This document shows positions 36,379 to 49,880 of a DNA stretch of 61,345 nucleotides, one piece after another; position 1 is the first letter of the stretch, and every line of letters starts with the position of its first letter. The DNA is taken from the NCBI GenBank assembly GCA_010093815.1, contig ML996574.1, one strand, 5' to 3'. This stretch comes from Pseudovirgaria hyperparasitica (lineage: Eukaryota). Position numbers and translations under genes: made by a program. A model generated the notes under the pieces. That model ran no database searches. It saw only the letters and a list, made by a program, of their open reading frames with translations, and was not told the DNA's origin.

Positions 36379-39300
36379 TCATGCGTCCTGAGGCCAGAGG
36401 TCTTTTAAGTCCCGCTCGTGCTTCCGGTCCGGATTTAGAAACCGACTCTTGCGTTGAGCCACGTCAGACCAGTCTTCCTCTTCAATATCCTCGTGCCGTG
36501 TGTTGCGTTTGAAGGCATTCAGAAAGGCCTTGCCTCGCCCTGGCTTTTGCCTAGTATGAATGTCTGAACTTGCTGGACCAGGTTGCTGGTGTTGCAATTG
36601 ATGATTACTGAGTTGTCCAGACATCACTGAAGCGCCTTCGTTCACGCATGTGTTCACGGGTCGGTATCTGCTGGCCATACCAACCGTGCTACGCTCAGAA
36701 GGCGCAATGGAAGGGGTGTAATTTGGATTTGCACCACTCATGAGGGTGCTCTGTCGTGAAGAGGGTACGTTCAAGCCAAGATTGAATGTGGACGGTGGGC
36801 GGACCATGCTCTGCGTGCGGGCACTTGGTTCAAGACCAAATGTAGACTGCGGTCGTCCTACCATTGTACTCGTCCGATTCGAGATTGAGGGTGCCATAGA
36901 CATAGGTCTTCCGGCAACGCTTGGAGCATATGTACTACTAGGATTCAGGTAGCCGTTCTGCATTCCGTTTGGCCCAGACATGGGTGTCATGGGTTGGTTC
37001 ATGCCATTCATGCCTCCCATCGCCATCATCTGTTGTGTCATTGCAAACATCTGCTGCTGCTGCATGGCCATATGCTGAAAGAAAGCCTGGGGATTCCACT
37101 GAAACGATGGATCCATGTTTCCACCCGGCCCCTGCATACCCATCATGCCGTTCATGTCCATACCGTTGCCTAGATTTTGCATATTTTGAGACACCTGAAA
37201 GTTGGGCATCGATTGGTTAGACTGCATCATGGGACCAAAGCCATTTCGAGCATTCGGACTGCCACGACGCATAGCTTTTGAACGTTCTTCGTTGGCGATA
37301 ACATTGATCAGTGTGGTAGATCGTTGCTGTTCGCCAGCCATGGAGCCACCGTAGACGGAAGCAGGAGCGTGATTATTCAATGCGAAAGATTCCCGATTTG
37401 ATGGCTGAACGAGTCCATCGCCGAAGTAATTTGGCGCTTCCCGGGGCAGACCACGGGCAAAAGGAGGTATTTTTCCAGGTCCGGGCATCATTGAAGCACG
37501 CGGATTTCCGGCAGACACCGGGCGATCAGACGGTACAACGACTGGTGTACCTGCTCCATACATTTTAGTGGGAGGTCGAGTTTTGCTCGGAAAGCCATGA
37601 GCCATCAGAATGCCAAGAGGGGTGTCCTCGTCTGGTGACTCTTCACCGCTGGCACCACTTGACGAGCTCTTCCCACTGATCCCGTTCCTGGTCGGAGTAG
37701 TACCATCAAGCGCGCCAAGTGTGTCAGCCAACTCGTCTGAAAACTCGTCACCAATCGTGACAGTTGGAACGCTGTCACTCTTGACTGCCGTTGGATGCTC
37801 GGCAATCATTGACGGGGCTTGCATCGGCTTCTCCCCAGTCATTTTGGACATGCGTTGTCGGTAGACGGACATTGCGGCCTCTTGCTTCCGTCTTTGTTTC
37901 GCAATTTCTCTCTGACGCTCCGCCTCATCTTCTTCGTCGTAGTTGTAATCCTCCTCGGTATCTGATTCGCTATGTACGCTAGGGGCCCGCATCTCTTGCT
38001 GGCGACGGTAGCTGTTGTATTGAGCCTGATTCATGACCTTGTTGGCTGGTGGTCGTTCAGCAAAGGACATTGCTGCGGCCGCAGATGCAGCAAGATCATC
38101 ATCGTCGGCATCTCGCCGGGATGTTGCGCGTGGCGTGGCGTCGCTAGCGACGGATTCATCCCCGTCGCTAAAAGCAGTGTTGCGCACAGGTACTGGTGCT
38201 CGTGTCAAAGTATGTTCCTCCTGAGAAGATATGGATGAAAACGAGTGCTTTGGTGAAAGCTCAGATGATGTGCTGTCTTTGCGCGTGTACGACGTTGGTA
38301 GGCTAAGATATGAGTTCTGTTGAGACGTGGAGAGCACTGGACGATAGGGTGAGTCGGAGCGGTCGGAAGACGGCGAAATGGCCTCGGGAGGCATCCTAGG
38401 ACTGTTCATATCTCTATGCGGAGGCACCGGTGGCGCTCGCTCTTCCACAGGGGAGTCAGTTAAGGAAGAGGATATCAAATTGTCTTGTGAAGACCAGGAT
38501 CTGGGCGACAGATTGTTGTCTCGACGAATGGCGTTGATTTCAGCCGGATCAGGAGGAGCGTTTGGACGAGTAGAAGTGAAGACTCGTGGGGGAAGGGCCA
38601 AGACTGGCTCAGATTCCTGTTTGGATAATTGTCAGTGCCGGTCGTGTCATGAATCTGTTGAGGCTTCATCTTACGGTGCGTTGAGCAGGCCCTGGTGGTA
38701 AAGGCTTGTCTAGTGCAGGCCGAGGACTGCTTAGTCCTTCAAACAGATTGTCGAAGCCACTTCCAAATTCCGAAGTATCCTGCTCTATTCTGTAATCAAT
38801 CTTGGGTGGTTGTGCAGTGCTAGCGTAGCTAGTCGTCGTCATGGATCTCTCCCTGAATTGTGGATTCGGAAGAGGTATGTTGTGAGGCAGAGGAGGCGGC
38901 GAAGGCTTTGCTGCGTTGATTGAATCTAGCTTTGAGCTCTTGCCCCCAAATGTGAAGGTGCGGCCAGCTCCACGAAGCGAAAACGTGCGCGAATCGGAAA
39001 TCTTGGTAGGAGCAAAGATATTGTCCGAGTTTTCTTTGTCTGACGATGAAGGAAGCGTGGAAGATGAGCTGAAACGTGCTGAAGAGGAAGAATTGTCGTA
39101 GAGAGAACTGTTGCACGGTTAGCGCTGTGGCTCAAGCTAACAATTGTATGAAGGTAAGCATTAAGAGGACTTGGGTATACTAACCTATTCCGAGCACGAA
39201 TATCTTCTTCAGCCTCTACTGATCCTTGACGGGGCTTGGTACCAAAGAAACCAGACCGGCTCCTTCTTTCCTTCTCAGCTGCTTGGAGCTGTTTCTTGTT

Positions 39301-39420
39301 CTCCACTTCTACTTGGCTCATAACCCTGAATCCGTCGGAGGTTGGGCGTTGTACTTCGTCAAGGACATTTCCAGAAGATTTGCGACGTGGAAAGACCTTG
39401 TTCGAAAAGTTTAGCGGCAT
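36379..39420 (-). CDS. Fungal hypothetical protein, low complexity; introns 39108-39184, 38617-38674
   Basis: MPLNFSNKVFPRRKSSGNVLDEV start, ARFSSSSTLPSS, QRRKQEAAMSVYRQRMSKMTG, EDTPLGILMAHGFP, YTPSIAPSERSTVG; 740-aa final ORF and canonical splice sites. Confidence 0.8.
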
Positions 39421-42400
39421 GGGGAAGGCGATTACCGCATGCGAAGCTCTCCACAACGATGAACACTCCTGAAGACTCCGCTGTCCAATTTATAGACACG
39501 GGAAATGAGCTATCACAAAGGACAAGCTCAAGAGTATGTACAAAGGAGTGTCGCTGGCGTATCGGATGTTGAAATGATGTATAGCAGGACAGTAATGCAG
39601 AAATCGATGTTGGGAGCGTGTAACGAGCGGAGCCGAGGGTAATGACAAGGTAGTCTACAACACGCGGATGTCTCGTTAGTGATGGTGTCGATTTAGTTTG
39701 TGTTCTTGTGTGACGAGTGAGGTACGCGTGGAGAGATTCCAATGCCGGACAGGGAGTACTGGAGCCAGCAAAACGAAAGGTGATTGTTGAGAACGGAAAG
39801 GGTGAGATGACGTGCGGACATGGAAGGAAGCTCAGTGCTCGAGCCGGCGATACGGTAGAGAGCGACAGTCGTGCAAGGGTGTTGGTAGGAGTAGAGGGAC
39901 TGGTCGAAGTTGAGAGAATGGATGGAGTATGGAAGTGTGAAGTGAACAGGAGGCTGATCGGAGAAATCGAGGTGATGTAGGCGGAGAGGCAGGAAACCTA
40001 GCGACTTACCGTGTGGCGGCGGAAAATAGGCCGACACCACAAAGCTGACTGGCTGGAGTCGATGGAAACGAGAGACTTAATTAGTAGGAGAAGACTCAAA
40101 GGCAAGGAACAACAAAAGCACGATGATGCTACGAGGTCGAAGAGAGAGGATTGGTGATGAAGCAGACAGCAGGGGCGCGGCAATTAGGGAAGCTTGGAAG
40201 GTTTCTTCTCCTCATCGATGTCTCCAGACTCCAACTAATAATGATTAGTACTCTATCGACTAATGGACTCAACTTAACACCCTCTCCTACCCTACTTTGC
40301 CCTAATTACCTTGCCCGACTAAAACTTACTACCTAAGGACTTTCAAGGTTGCTGAGGATGAATGGCGCTGTGTCCGTCTGTCTGTCCCTGTATTCCGTTC
40401 TCTCTTCACACGCTCTGCTGAACACCACAGCCTCTACTTCTCGCCAGGCAATATAATACAACCTTCACGGCACATCCACATCCACCCCCCTCCCTCACAT
40501 CCACACTTCCTCACATCTACATCCGCACATCCACATGCGTCCACCTCAAGCTCCTGACAGCCAGTGTGCATCCCCCGGCTTTGTTGCCTTCCTGACACGT
40601 CTTTCTTGACACTGCACCTGTTGCTTTGCTCCCGTAGTTCACCGCACATCTTTCACCACGAACAGAAGAAGATCATAGTCTTCTGAACTTTGCATTTTCT
40701 CGTGTCCCTGAGGCCCCTGACTCTGACCTAACACAGGCTTGTCCCGAAAGAGTCCCCCTGCGGTCGGTGTGACCCTATTACAGCCTCAAAGCCAAATTTA
40801 GCTTGTAACAGCCGTAAACCTCGCCCACCACCCACCCACCTTCGCTGTTCCCAGTGAGTTTCAGAGTCTGAGCACGCAGGCTGTCTTTGCATAGTCTCAG
40901 ACATGCGCGAGATTGCAATACATATCTCTTGAAGAGTTGAGGTTGCATTTGGCCTACAGCCGACGACAGGATGCGGAGAGATTTCTCACCCAGGCCAGAA
41001 AAGCCAAGCAGATTCGCGCTCGTCTGCTCCGCTAAACAATACTATTATTATCCGGATTATCGAAGGAGGCTGAATCAGGACTGGTAATCTGGTAGAGACC
41101 AGCCAAACCTAAGCCCTTGCACGGCTGTGGCGGGGGTCCAATGGCTCTCGCACGGGCTGTCTCCTGCCTGCGCTTGGCATCTTCGGCTGCATCATCATCT
41201 CATCCCAAGCTCTGCTACTGCTAGCCACGGCGTTTCCTGTCAGGTCTTCATTATGACTGCGAACTCATCATGCTATACTCCTACCGGGAGTTTGCTTTAC
41301 ATTGCCAATTGATATGAGAGAGAGAAAGAGAGAGAGAGTGTGTGTGTGTGCGCGTGTTGCGCTGTGCCATGATGAGTCGGTCATCGATGATCGATGTGCT
41401 AAAAGGACCAAATTAAGGACATGGGCGGAGGTGGCGCTCTGCCGAGGAGCTCCGCCAATGTCATATAAATTGCGAAGTCAAGGACACTGCTCACGTCTAT
41501 GATCATTCCCCGTTCCATTGCGCTCCGTGCCTAAAGTACGAGTTGTGGCAGAGCATCCTTCTAGATTATCAGCGCTGCATTTCATTTTACCTTGGCCATA
41601 CACGGGTAGCGGGCCTTCTAGCGAAAGAGATGTCAGACCCCAGATTCGGGGTTCTGGAATTAGTTACTCCACTAGGCAGCGGTATCCACTCAGGAATAGC
41701 AATTATCTGAGATATGTCGATACTGCTTACAGCCGCTGCCAAGTATCAATACTCTGCCTTTAAAGGCCTTCCAGAGCAAGAAGTTCATTCATCGGTATCC
41801 AAGGCACTCGGTCGAATAGAGCAATGAAGAGTGTCGTCATGTCCATTGCATCGCGACCTTGTGAGAGCTGTTGTCCAAAACCATCATTATTTCCACGGAC
41901 TACATGCAATGGATCGAGAGCTCGAGAACGCATTATCATTGTCTACTTTCGTTGTAACATTCACGACTAGCACTTGTAAGGGTTTTACCTGCCTAGAAAC
42001 ACAGTCTACGCTAGGTCAAGAGCCTCGATACTGTACGTGTGTAGCATTGACACTGCTCCTGCATGCAATGGGCAGCTTACTTGGTAAAAATACCATCTCA
42101 GATATCTGGTTATTGATACCATATTTGAGACATGACGGACCCAAGTACTGCCTTTGACTTATTTCAAGATAGAGTAGGTCACACACGCTCTGGCGCGGGT
42201 AGAGAAGTATGACTGTTGAGACAACAATGTTTACACCTCAACCGACGGCTCTCGAATTGAATCCTCATTGAGGATGTCCAGAGATTTCTTTTAGAGCGAT
42301 TTTGATGCCTGAAGTGTCAGGCATTCACAAGTCACAAGTCGTCATCAGTCAAACCCTCCGTTCGTTCGGGGAGCGAAAAGTAACGGGGACACCATAAATC

Positions 42401-42479
42401 CACCTAGATTGCTCCATGTTCTTCACTACCTGAATAATCTTCTAGCAAACAATTTCTCTATCCGAATTGTGTCTTCATC

Positions 42480-43846
42480 ATGTCTCCGCCACTGCAAGAC
42501 GCTACCGAACGGTGCCCTTACAAAGCCGATACGGACGACAAGCATCGTGCCGCGTACCCCCTCGAGGCGGTCGAAGACCTGTTGAACAACCTCAAAATTT
42601 CCGGCAGACAGGGCGCACATGTACTCGATCTCGGTGCTGGCACCGGTAAATTTACTGAAGAATTGTCAAGGCGCAACGAGAAGTTCAGTATTCTCGCTGT
42701 GGAACCACAGAAAGACATGCGATTGCAGCTTGAGGCAAAGAATCTTCCCAACGTCGAGGTCAAAGCCGGTCATTCGCACGGGATACCTGTACAAGAAAAC
42801 GGTGTTTTCGATGCGGTCATTGCAGCTGAAGTAAGTCTTCATTGACGTGTCTACTTTTACCCCAGTCTTGTGTTTCTCTTTGATGTCACAGGAAGCGCTT
42901 GGCTCAACCAGATCTTGCCCGGGACCCTCGTTTCCAATATTCATGCAGACAAGTACTATTTCGGTTACAATCGTAATCGCCACCTCTACTATCTGTCCCG
43001 TCGGCACAACATGTAGCGTCCGCCTTTTCCTGCAATGTCTCATCAGAAATCGATGCTCCTGCACGCCAGGTCCTATCATATCAATCATTTTCGCGCCATG
43101 GCTGTTCCCTCTACTGCATTAGAAAGAGATCACGTCCACTGTGAGTACTCTGTAGTCGAGCTGACATGCGTCTAGTCATTTCACTGGTATGCGGACTCGG
43201 AATCTCTAGACGAGATATGGCGTGTCCTCAAGCCCGGTGGGACTTTGGGTATGATCTGGAACATTGACGACTGTCCGTTGTAAATTCATGAGTAACTCAC
43301 GTGTGTCTGACTCTTTTAAGACAATCAAACACGACGATATCACGTCCAGACCGAATGGGAAGGCAAGCTCCGTGACCTGACATGGACATTCGACGATGCC
43401 ACCCCTCGTTTCCGCCACGAGAAGTGGCAAAAGGTGTTCGACTCGCAGCTCAATCTCTTGCCAGTGGCACTTGTGAAGAAGGGCAACTCCGAGTTCACGC
43501 TACCCATAGGCAAGGAGATGGAGAAGTGGGTGTGGACTTCTGAGTTATCCAAAGAGGATCTCTGGAATCGATACAGCACACTCAGCCAGGTTGCTGTTTT
43601 AGAAGGGGAGAACCTAACAGTAAGACATAACCTTGGCAGAGTCGCCCTGCCACCGACTTTCCGCTATACACTAACTTTAAGCAGAAATTCAAGGAGACGT
43701 TTGACGCAATCGTCGACGGCCCTGATGTCGAGAAGACGGAAGATGGTATGATACTAACACACGGCGTTACACCTATCGCCTGGACAACGAAGTTGCTCGA
43801 TGGTGCACCGATAGACTCGTCGAAAGACATGGATACTGCAGCATAG
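42480..43846 (+). CDS. Class I SAM-dependent methyltransferase; introns 42831-43175, 43273-43320, 43620-43684
   Basis: VLDLGAGTGKFT, LAVEP, FDAVIAAE/SFHW, RVLKPGG, WNIDD/YN, PRFRHEKWQKVF; splicing restores a continuous frame to TAG 43844-43846. Confidence 0.85.
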
Positions 43847-45264
43847 GCCAGGCCACAGATAAATACAAGGCTTACGATTTCGTCTTAAGACGTACTTCGT
43901 TTCAGTTTATGTAATTATGTGAAGCGCAGATAGAAGGCCTCGTCGACTGCTGGACTACCACCCTTCCCACTCCTAGAATCTCGCCATAGCCCAGGGACGA
44001 CGCCTCCCTCGCCTCCTCTTCGCATATGTATCCTGCTTGCTCCCATGGCCTTGCTTCACTTAATTGCTCCACTTTTGTACCTTTACCATTGCATCCAGCC
44101 AGTCATGCCTGTCTGCTTTGGCAGGCTCCAACCATCTATCATTCATTCTTTTATCTTTTGCTTTAATCGCCTGTATCGTCCCAGACACGTGGCCATCTTA
44201 CAACCACTCCTTCTGATCGCTTTCACCTTTAAAGGTGGTGTCGCCGAATCTGTTCGACCTACTATCGTCAAGCTCTACCCAGGGATTTTAGGCCATGATC
44301 TCGAATACTATCTGCTATCCCTGACCAGTGCTACTTGATTCAAAGTTTATAATTACATGTCTGGGCTTGATTGGTTACCGGCATCAAGTGGCCGATGCAA
44401 AGTCTCAAACCTACTGCTTTCTCGGTCATAGAAGATATGTCGAATGGACCACTATACAACGCTACAACACTGTATCTGCTCGCGTAACTAGGCCGGCAAT
44501 ACCTGCACAAGTCGTATGAGCTATTCCTTACGCTGCCCACCAACGGTTTGTCTGCGCGAACAGTTGTAGGTAGGATGGAGACCGGACTGGCACGCGAAGA
44601 GACTGGCGTGTACCATTCTGCACCAGCTCGATAGTATTGCTGCAGCCAGCCTTCTTCGTCACTGAGAGATGTTTGTTGGGCAGGGAAGGCGAGGGGTTTG
44701 CAATGATGCACAACATCCCTTCCTTCAGCCTAGCTTTGAGAGTCACAATGTGATTCGTAGCCGAGTGATGCACGGGGGGGCAAGTCGAGTGAGTCCGAGG
44801 ACTGAGTGGTTCGCCGGTCAGCTAATATGCCTGCCGGTCACCATACCGGGCTCAGGAGGAATGTCAATCTCGGGCGTGACTGGTCGGCTCGGCAATGGAG
44901 GTGTTCCCGTCAAGGTTTGTGCAAAAACTCACTCACGATTACGGTGAGGAAGACTGTGTTCTCGGCGGTAGTAGCAGATTAGTTTGATGCCAGATGACGA
45001 CGTTGGCGGTGCGGAGCCGAAAAGGGACTGGCAAAAGATGGTGGACTGGGGACTGGGGACCCCGACTGGGTGAAGCGAGGGGCACACTAATCGCTGAGAG
45101 AACGAGGCTACCGGCTGCTGGCCGAAACGCGATGTTGACGTTACCTCTTCCATTGGCCACCACGCTATATGTTGAGCTGACTATCATCTATTTCGTCCTG
45201 TGCCTTTGGTTTTGTCTTCGTTTGTGCTCGTTTTCATCTCCTTGCACAAGAGACATGAGTCGTG

Positions 45265-47471
45265 ATGTTCGCTATGACTGAACTCGGAAACACACCTTTC
45301 CCAGTACTGGTCTCAAGGGGCACGCGACTCAGTCTTGTCTTGTATGATATTGCGGCAAACATCGAAAAGGCATCGAGAGATATATGCCGCGTAGCCACTG
45401 GTATTGCATCGTTCTCCCGCACTGCAAAGCATCTCGACCTAGTCTTGAACGAGGACGAGTCAATCCCGACAAGTCAGGCCCATGAGGCTGTGCAGTCCAT
45501 CATCTACCAGGCTGATCAGATACTGGATGAATTCGAGGCTCTGTTTCTTTCCGCGAAGGCTAAAGACAGCCTGAATTCTCTCAGCTGGAAATGGGGTCTA
45601 TTAGAGAGAGCCCGTACCGAGTACCTCCTTGGTCACCTGTGCAGCTTACGGCTCACTTCTGCGACTATGATCCAGTCTTTCAGTACTGTCAACGTGAAAC
45701 GTCTATCCAAGTAAGTATAGGGCTCCATGTGACTGCTGTTCTGGGCTCTAATCTCGCGTTCAGACAACATAACGATTATGCCATGCAGAAGGCTGTCAAC
45801 TACGTCGAGGACGAGGAACTACAGCTTGAGATTTTAGTTATCGAACAGCAGAACTCTATTTTGCGAGCTTACGAGCTGCATCAAGAGTATACGCGTAGTG
45901 AATCTTTTTCTAACAGAGAATCAGAAAAGGTTCTCCTATCTCAGGAAGAAATGTCTATGTCGAGCATTGCTCAAGGGTTCTTCGACCAGCCTGCGAAAAA
46001 GATTGCTGCCAAGGAAGCCCAGGATGTGGTACCTCCGGGTGAGAAGTGTATCAAGGTGGCTGATGGCCAGTGGAAGCCATCGAAGCTCAAAGCTAAGAGT
46101 CTCTTACCGTTTCGTGCCTCGGCATTGTCGGAGTACTTGTGCATTGAAAATGAGTTTGAGCGACTCACAGCGATACGTCGAGCGTCTAACTCGCATACAA
46201 ATGCAGTTCTCCAGCAGTGGACACGGCTGGGGGAGATCGAGGAACGACTCCAACGCTACACGGCTCAAGCGGGATCCCCGAAGCAACTCGAGAACACTGG
46301 CAGACAGGCTTCCATTGAAACAGCACTTCCGAGCAGGGATGAAGCCAATGTTCAAGTGAAAGCCCAGCCTTCCACTGCAAAGATAGCAGCCCCTGTTCCA
46401 CGACGAGCACCTAGCTCCCAGTCAATCTTTACTCAGGCATCTTTTATTGTTCCGATTTCAGTCCCGGGGTCGAACCTACCCTCGCATCTGAACACCTCTT
46501 CGTATCCAGTATCCTCTCGGAATTCATTCTCATTCGCATCACAATCAGGCAACCTTCCAATATCACCAGCCCACTCTTACAAGTCCGCCGAATACATATC
46601 GCATTCTCCACGTAGCAGTGTTCATTCGAATCCTTCGACTCGGGCTGCAGCAGTAGCCATCCGGAATGAAGCCGAGACTGGTGATGATCTAGAAATACCG
46701 TGGCGCTTGTGTCTTCACAACAGCTACTGGGACTATATCGACGGTCGCTGCGTCGATTCCAACACACACTTACAGCCGTCTGAGGCGTATAATAACCGCA
46801 AAGGCTACACGGAGCTCCTTGCGTCGTGGGTATGCCGTCGAGCTCTTGACGAAGCACCGCACGACCACACACAAGTTCAAAAGCCTGACGCGTCCGGACG
46901 GAAGCTTGAAACAGCCTATATAGTCCATAAACCGCTTCGTTTCGATGAAGTCGAATGGCTCGTCGAGCGCACGATCCAGATCCTCCAGCAGGAATCCGAA
47001 CTGCCGCGCAAAGACCAGAGCAGCCATCGCCAACGGCGCAGTATAGACAGACAGGATACGCGCAGCAGACGGAATTCAAAAATCACCTCTCAACTACCCA
47101 CGGTCCAGCAACATCCACCCCTCGATCGTTCGGTATCAATGCCCGTAGGCACTACACTCACTCCTCACATTTCGACTTCTCCAGGTACGGGCTTCTATAA
47201 TGTTGGGCAGCCGTATACACCTTACATGAATCCAAACCTGAATCCACAGTACACAGTACAGCGTAGTACAACCAGTACCAATGGCTACGGAGAACCACCT
47301 TCCGTGGTATCCGATATTGGGTCGAGTGACTCAGAGGATGAGAAGAAAGGAAAGCGAAGGGCAGCGAGAAAAGCCAAGAAGACCACAGGTCGATCACACA
47401 GTGCGGTGGGAACGATGGCGAAGATTGGAGGTGCGTTAGCCATCCTGGAAGGACTGGAGCATGCATTTTAG
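45265..47471 (+). CDS. Hypothetical protein with an N-terminal helical domain resembling fungal STAND N-terminal domains; intron 45711-45763
   Basis: Exon 1 LSLVLYDIAANIEKASRDI...YLLGHLCSLRLT joins ORF 45591..47471 in phase; start codon may be 45265 or 45274; domain identity is tentative. Confidence 0.7.
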
Positions 47472-47969
47472 GGTATTGTGAGGTAAGGGGGTCGGGGTTA
47501 GGTCAGGATTGGGATATACCCCAGCTAACGATTTGACACGAATCACTTAGAGTTACTATTACGAGGATTTCCGAAGCTTTACGATTTACGCCCTCATCAG
47601 CGACATTTGTGTCTTCACCAACAGGTTTATTATATTATATTATGATGTTTGACGATGAGTAGTAGTAAGAACATTAGAAGTCATTCTTGATGCTTACAGC
47701 CTGTTTCACAATGAAAAGCATGATCGCAGAGCCATAGTCGGGCTGGCTATAAGTCCTTTCCGAGAATACTCACACCCGGTCGCGGTCTAGAGTCATGACA
47801 AGAACAGGGTTCTGGCTGCGTGTTTAGATTACATACATACTGTGTACATAATAGCTCTACTCAAGGTGCATCCCTACCTGGGCCACCCGATTCGTGCTTA
47901 CCCGGCGTGCACACATAAATAACCATGACACCTCCCTGGGCGTAATCAAGACCGGTGAACGTCAAATAT

Positions 47970-48028
47970 GAAGCCTGACGGAAGCCTGACGGAAGCCTGA
48001 CGGAAGCAGACCGGAAGCAGACCGGAAA
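47970..48028. repeat. 10-11-bp tandem repeat (GAAGCCTGACG x3, then GGAAGCAGACC variants)
   Basis: Directly visible. Confidence 0.85.
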
Positions 48029-48287
48029 CAGAGCCAATAATGATATTAGGGACGACTGAAGAAATATATGAGAGGATACTAGCACGCCCCCCGTAAATGA
48101 CATAGGGATTGTCTAGATGACTGTCTTGTGTCAAAGCATACATGTGAGGAGTCAAAAACTGGGAGAAGTACGGGAAGACTCTCATTACATGAGGTGATGG
48201 TATCTACAGATTAATGTCATTTCATCTATATGATATAACATGCGTAGATCCCACCGCGCTATGCAAAAAAACCACATCCACGCTTGT

Positions 48288-49880
48288 CTAATACGCAGAA
48301 CACGTCGTCCCCTCCACACTTGCCCTTAGGAAAGCCTCACGGAAGAAGTCGTGCATCGCAAGATAGTGGAACAGGATCCCGATCACAACTGCCAGATGCC
48401 AGATGTTATGACTCCCACCTACGTAGTCAAACATGCCGGGCCACCAGCGCTCAGGCGTCTTACTCGCATACAGCACCGCGCCAACAAAGTATACTAACAC
48501 ACTCTTCACTACGGGGGCGTAAAAGTAGTACGCCCAGGCTGCACCACGCGTCAGTACAAGCTGCGCAACAGGCAGGAAACCGGTGAGGGCAAGGCTACAG
48601 TAGAAGCACACGCGCGCCCATGCCATGTCGGCGCGATTGAAGGTAGGGTGCCAGGGCAGGACAACGCCACCGATGCCAAGAGCAGCAGTTGTGAGCATAT
48701 ACGTCCAGCGAGATGCGGGCTCACAATAGAATGCCGTGTATTCGGTAGTCATGATACTGGCGGCAACTAGCAGAGATATGCCCGTGTAGTCGACACAAGC
48801 AAACCGCTCCATGATGCAATGATCGGCGATGGAGTTCATTGTATGCCACATGGTCGAGCAAGCCAGACACTTGCAGGCAGCGAAGAAGAAGATAGCAGCG
48901 ACGAAGACATCAGCTTTAGTAGAGGAAGTGAAGATGGCGGAAGATGGGTAGAAGTAGAAGGCAATGCAGAGCACAGCGAGCAGGCCAAGGAGGTGGGACC
49001 AAATATTGAAGGATTCGTTGGAGACGGAGAAGATGGATCGTACGCACTCGAGCTTGCCTTCGTAGAATCGGTATCCGTTGATGATGTGCGGATTGTTTTT
49101 CCAAGGATCAGGGAGGTCTTCATACTGAAGGAGGCCACGTTCTTTGGCACGAGCAAGAGTCTGCATTATGGCGTATTCCATACTCTCTTTGACGCTGTCT
49201 TTCACCCGACGCGCCTTGTCGAGACCGTCATCGACCACGCCTTTTGCTTTGCCATATCCAGCATCAAGTCGGCGTCGGCCTTCTTCCAGAAAGTCTTGTG
49301 CCACTGATCCAATACCTGCCTCCCGGAGAGCATATGCTCGTGCCTCAAAATCTGATAGTATGGCCTCCATCAAGCGTACACCTTCGTGTGCTTTTTGCTC
49401 CAAGGTCTCTTTTGTAGCAAGCGCCTCCTTATATCGCTTTTCTATAGTCTCCACGAATATTTGCGAACGTTGACGCCCAGCGTCAATAACATCGTTTGAG
49501 ACCTTCGAACACGAGTCCCGAACCATTTGCAAAGTGAAATAAGCCTTCTCTATTCCGGCGTCAAATTTGAGCTGGGGCAAGTGGCCAAAAGACTCCATGA
49601 ATTCAAGGCGCTTGTTCAATTCGGAGAGGAAACGGTCTACCTGTATCCAATCGTTAGCACACAAGCGAACTGTTACTTTTGTGTCGAGACTTACGAGTAT
49701 CTGTATATCGTCATGTTCGATGTTCCACGACCTGCATGACCTCGAATCATATGAGGAGTGTCTCCTTCGGCGATCCTGCTCGGGGCGAAAAGTGCCGTAA
49801 GTGCCTTTCGAGCTGCGAAAGTTAGGCTCTTCGTAGTGCTCCGACATGATTGAGGTCGAAGTACACGAAGTGCAGGCCAT
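48288..49880 (-). CDS. PAQR / hemolysin-III family membrane protein, IZH3-like
   Basis: LPDPWKNNPHIINGYRF, SNESFNIWSH, STMWHT, DYTGIS, PERWWPGMFDYVGGSHNIWH; about seven TM segments after a long N-terminal region. Confidence 0.92.
   Translation of the reverse strand: MACTSCTSTSIMSEHYEEPNFRSSKGTYGTFRPEQDRRRRHSSYDSRSCRSWNIEHDDIQILVSLDTKVTVRLCANDWIQVDRFLSELNKRLEFMESFGHLPQLKFDAGIEKAYFTLQMVRDSCSKVSNDVIDAGRQRSQIFVETIEKRYKEALATKETLEQKAHEGVRLMEAILSDFEARAYALREAGIGSVAQDFLEEGRRRLDAGYGKAKGVVDDGLDKARRVKDSVKESMEYAIMQTLARAKERGLLQYEDLPDPWKNNPHIINGYRFYEGKLECVRSIFSVSNESFNIWSHLLGLLAVLCIAFYFYPSSAIFTSSTKADVFVAAIFFFAACKCLACSTMWHTMNSIADHCIMERFACVDYTGISLLVAASIMTTEYTAFYCEPASRWTYMLTTAALGIGGVVLPWHPTFNRADMAWARVCFYCSLALTGFLPVAQLVLTRGAAWAYYFYAPVVKSVLVYFVGAVLYASKTPERWWPGMFDYVGGSHNIWHLAVVIGILFHYLAMHDFFREAFLRASVEGTTCSAY

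Noticed and set aside
44000..45200. Short minus-strand ORFs with some splice-like signals
   Set aside because: No consistent exon chain or recognisable protein could be built.
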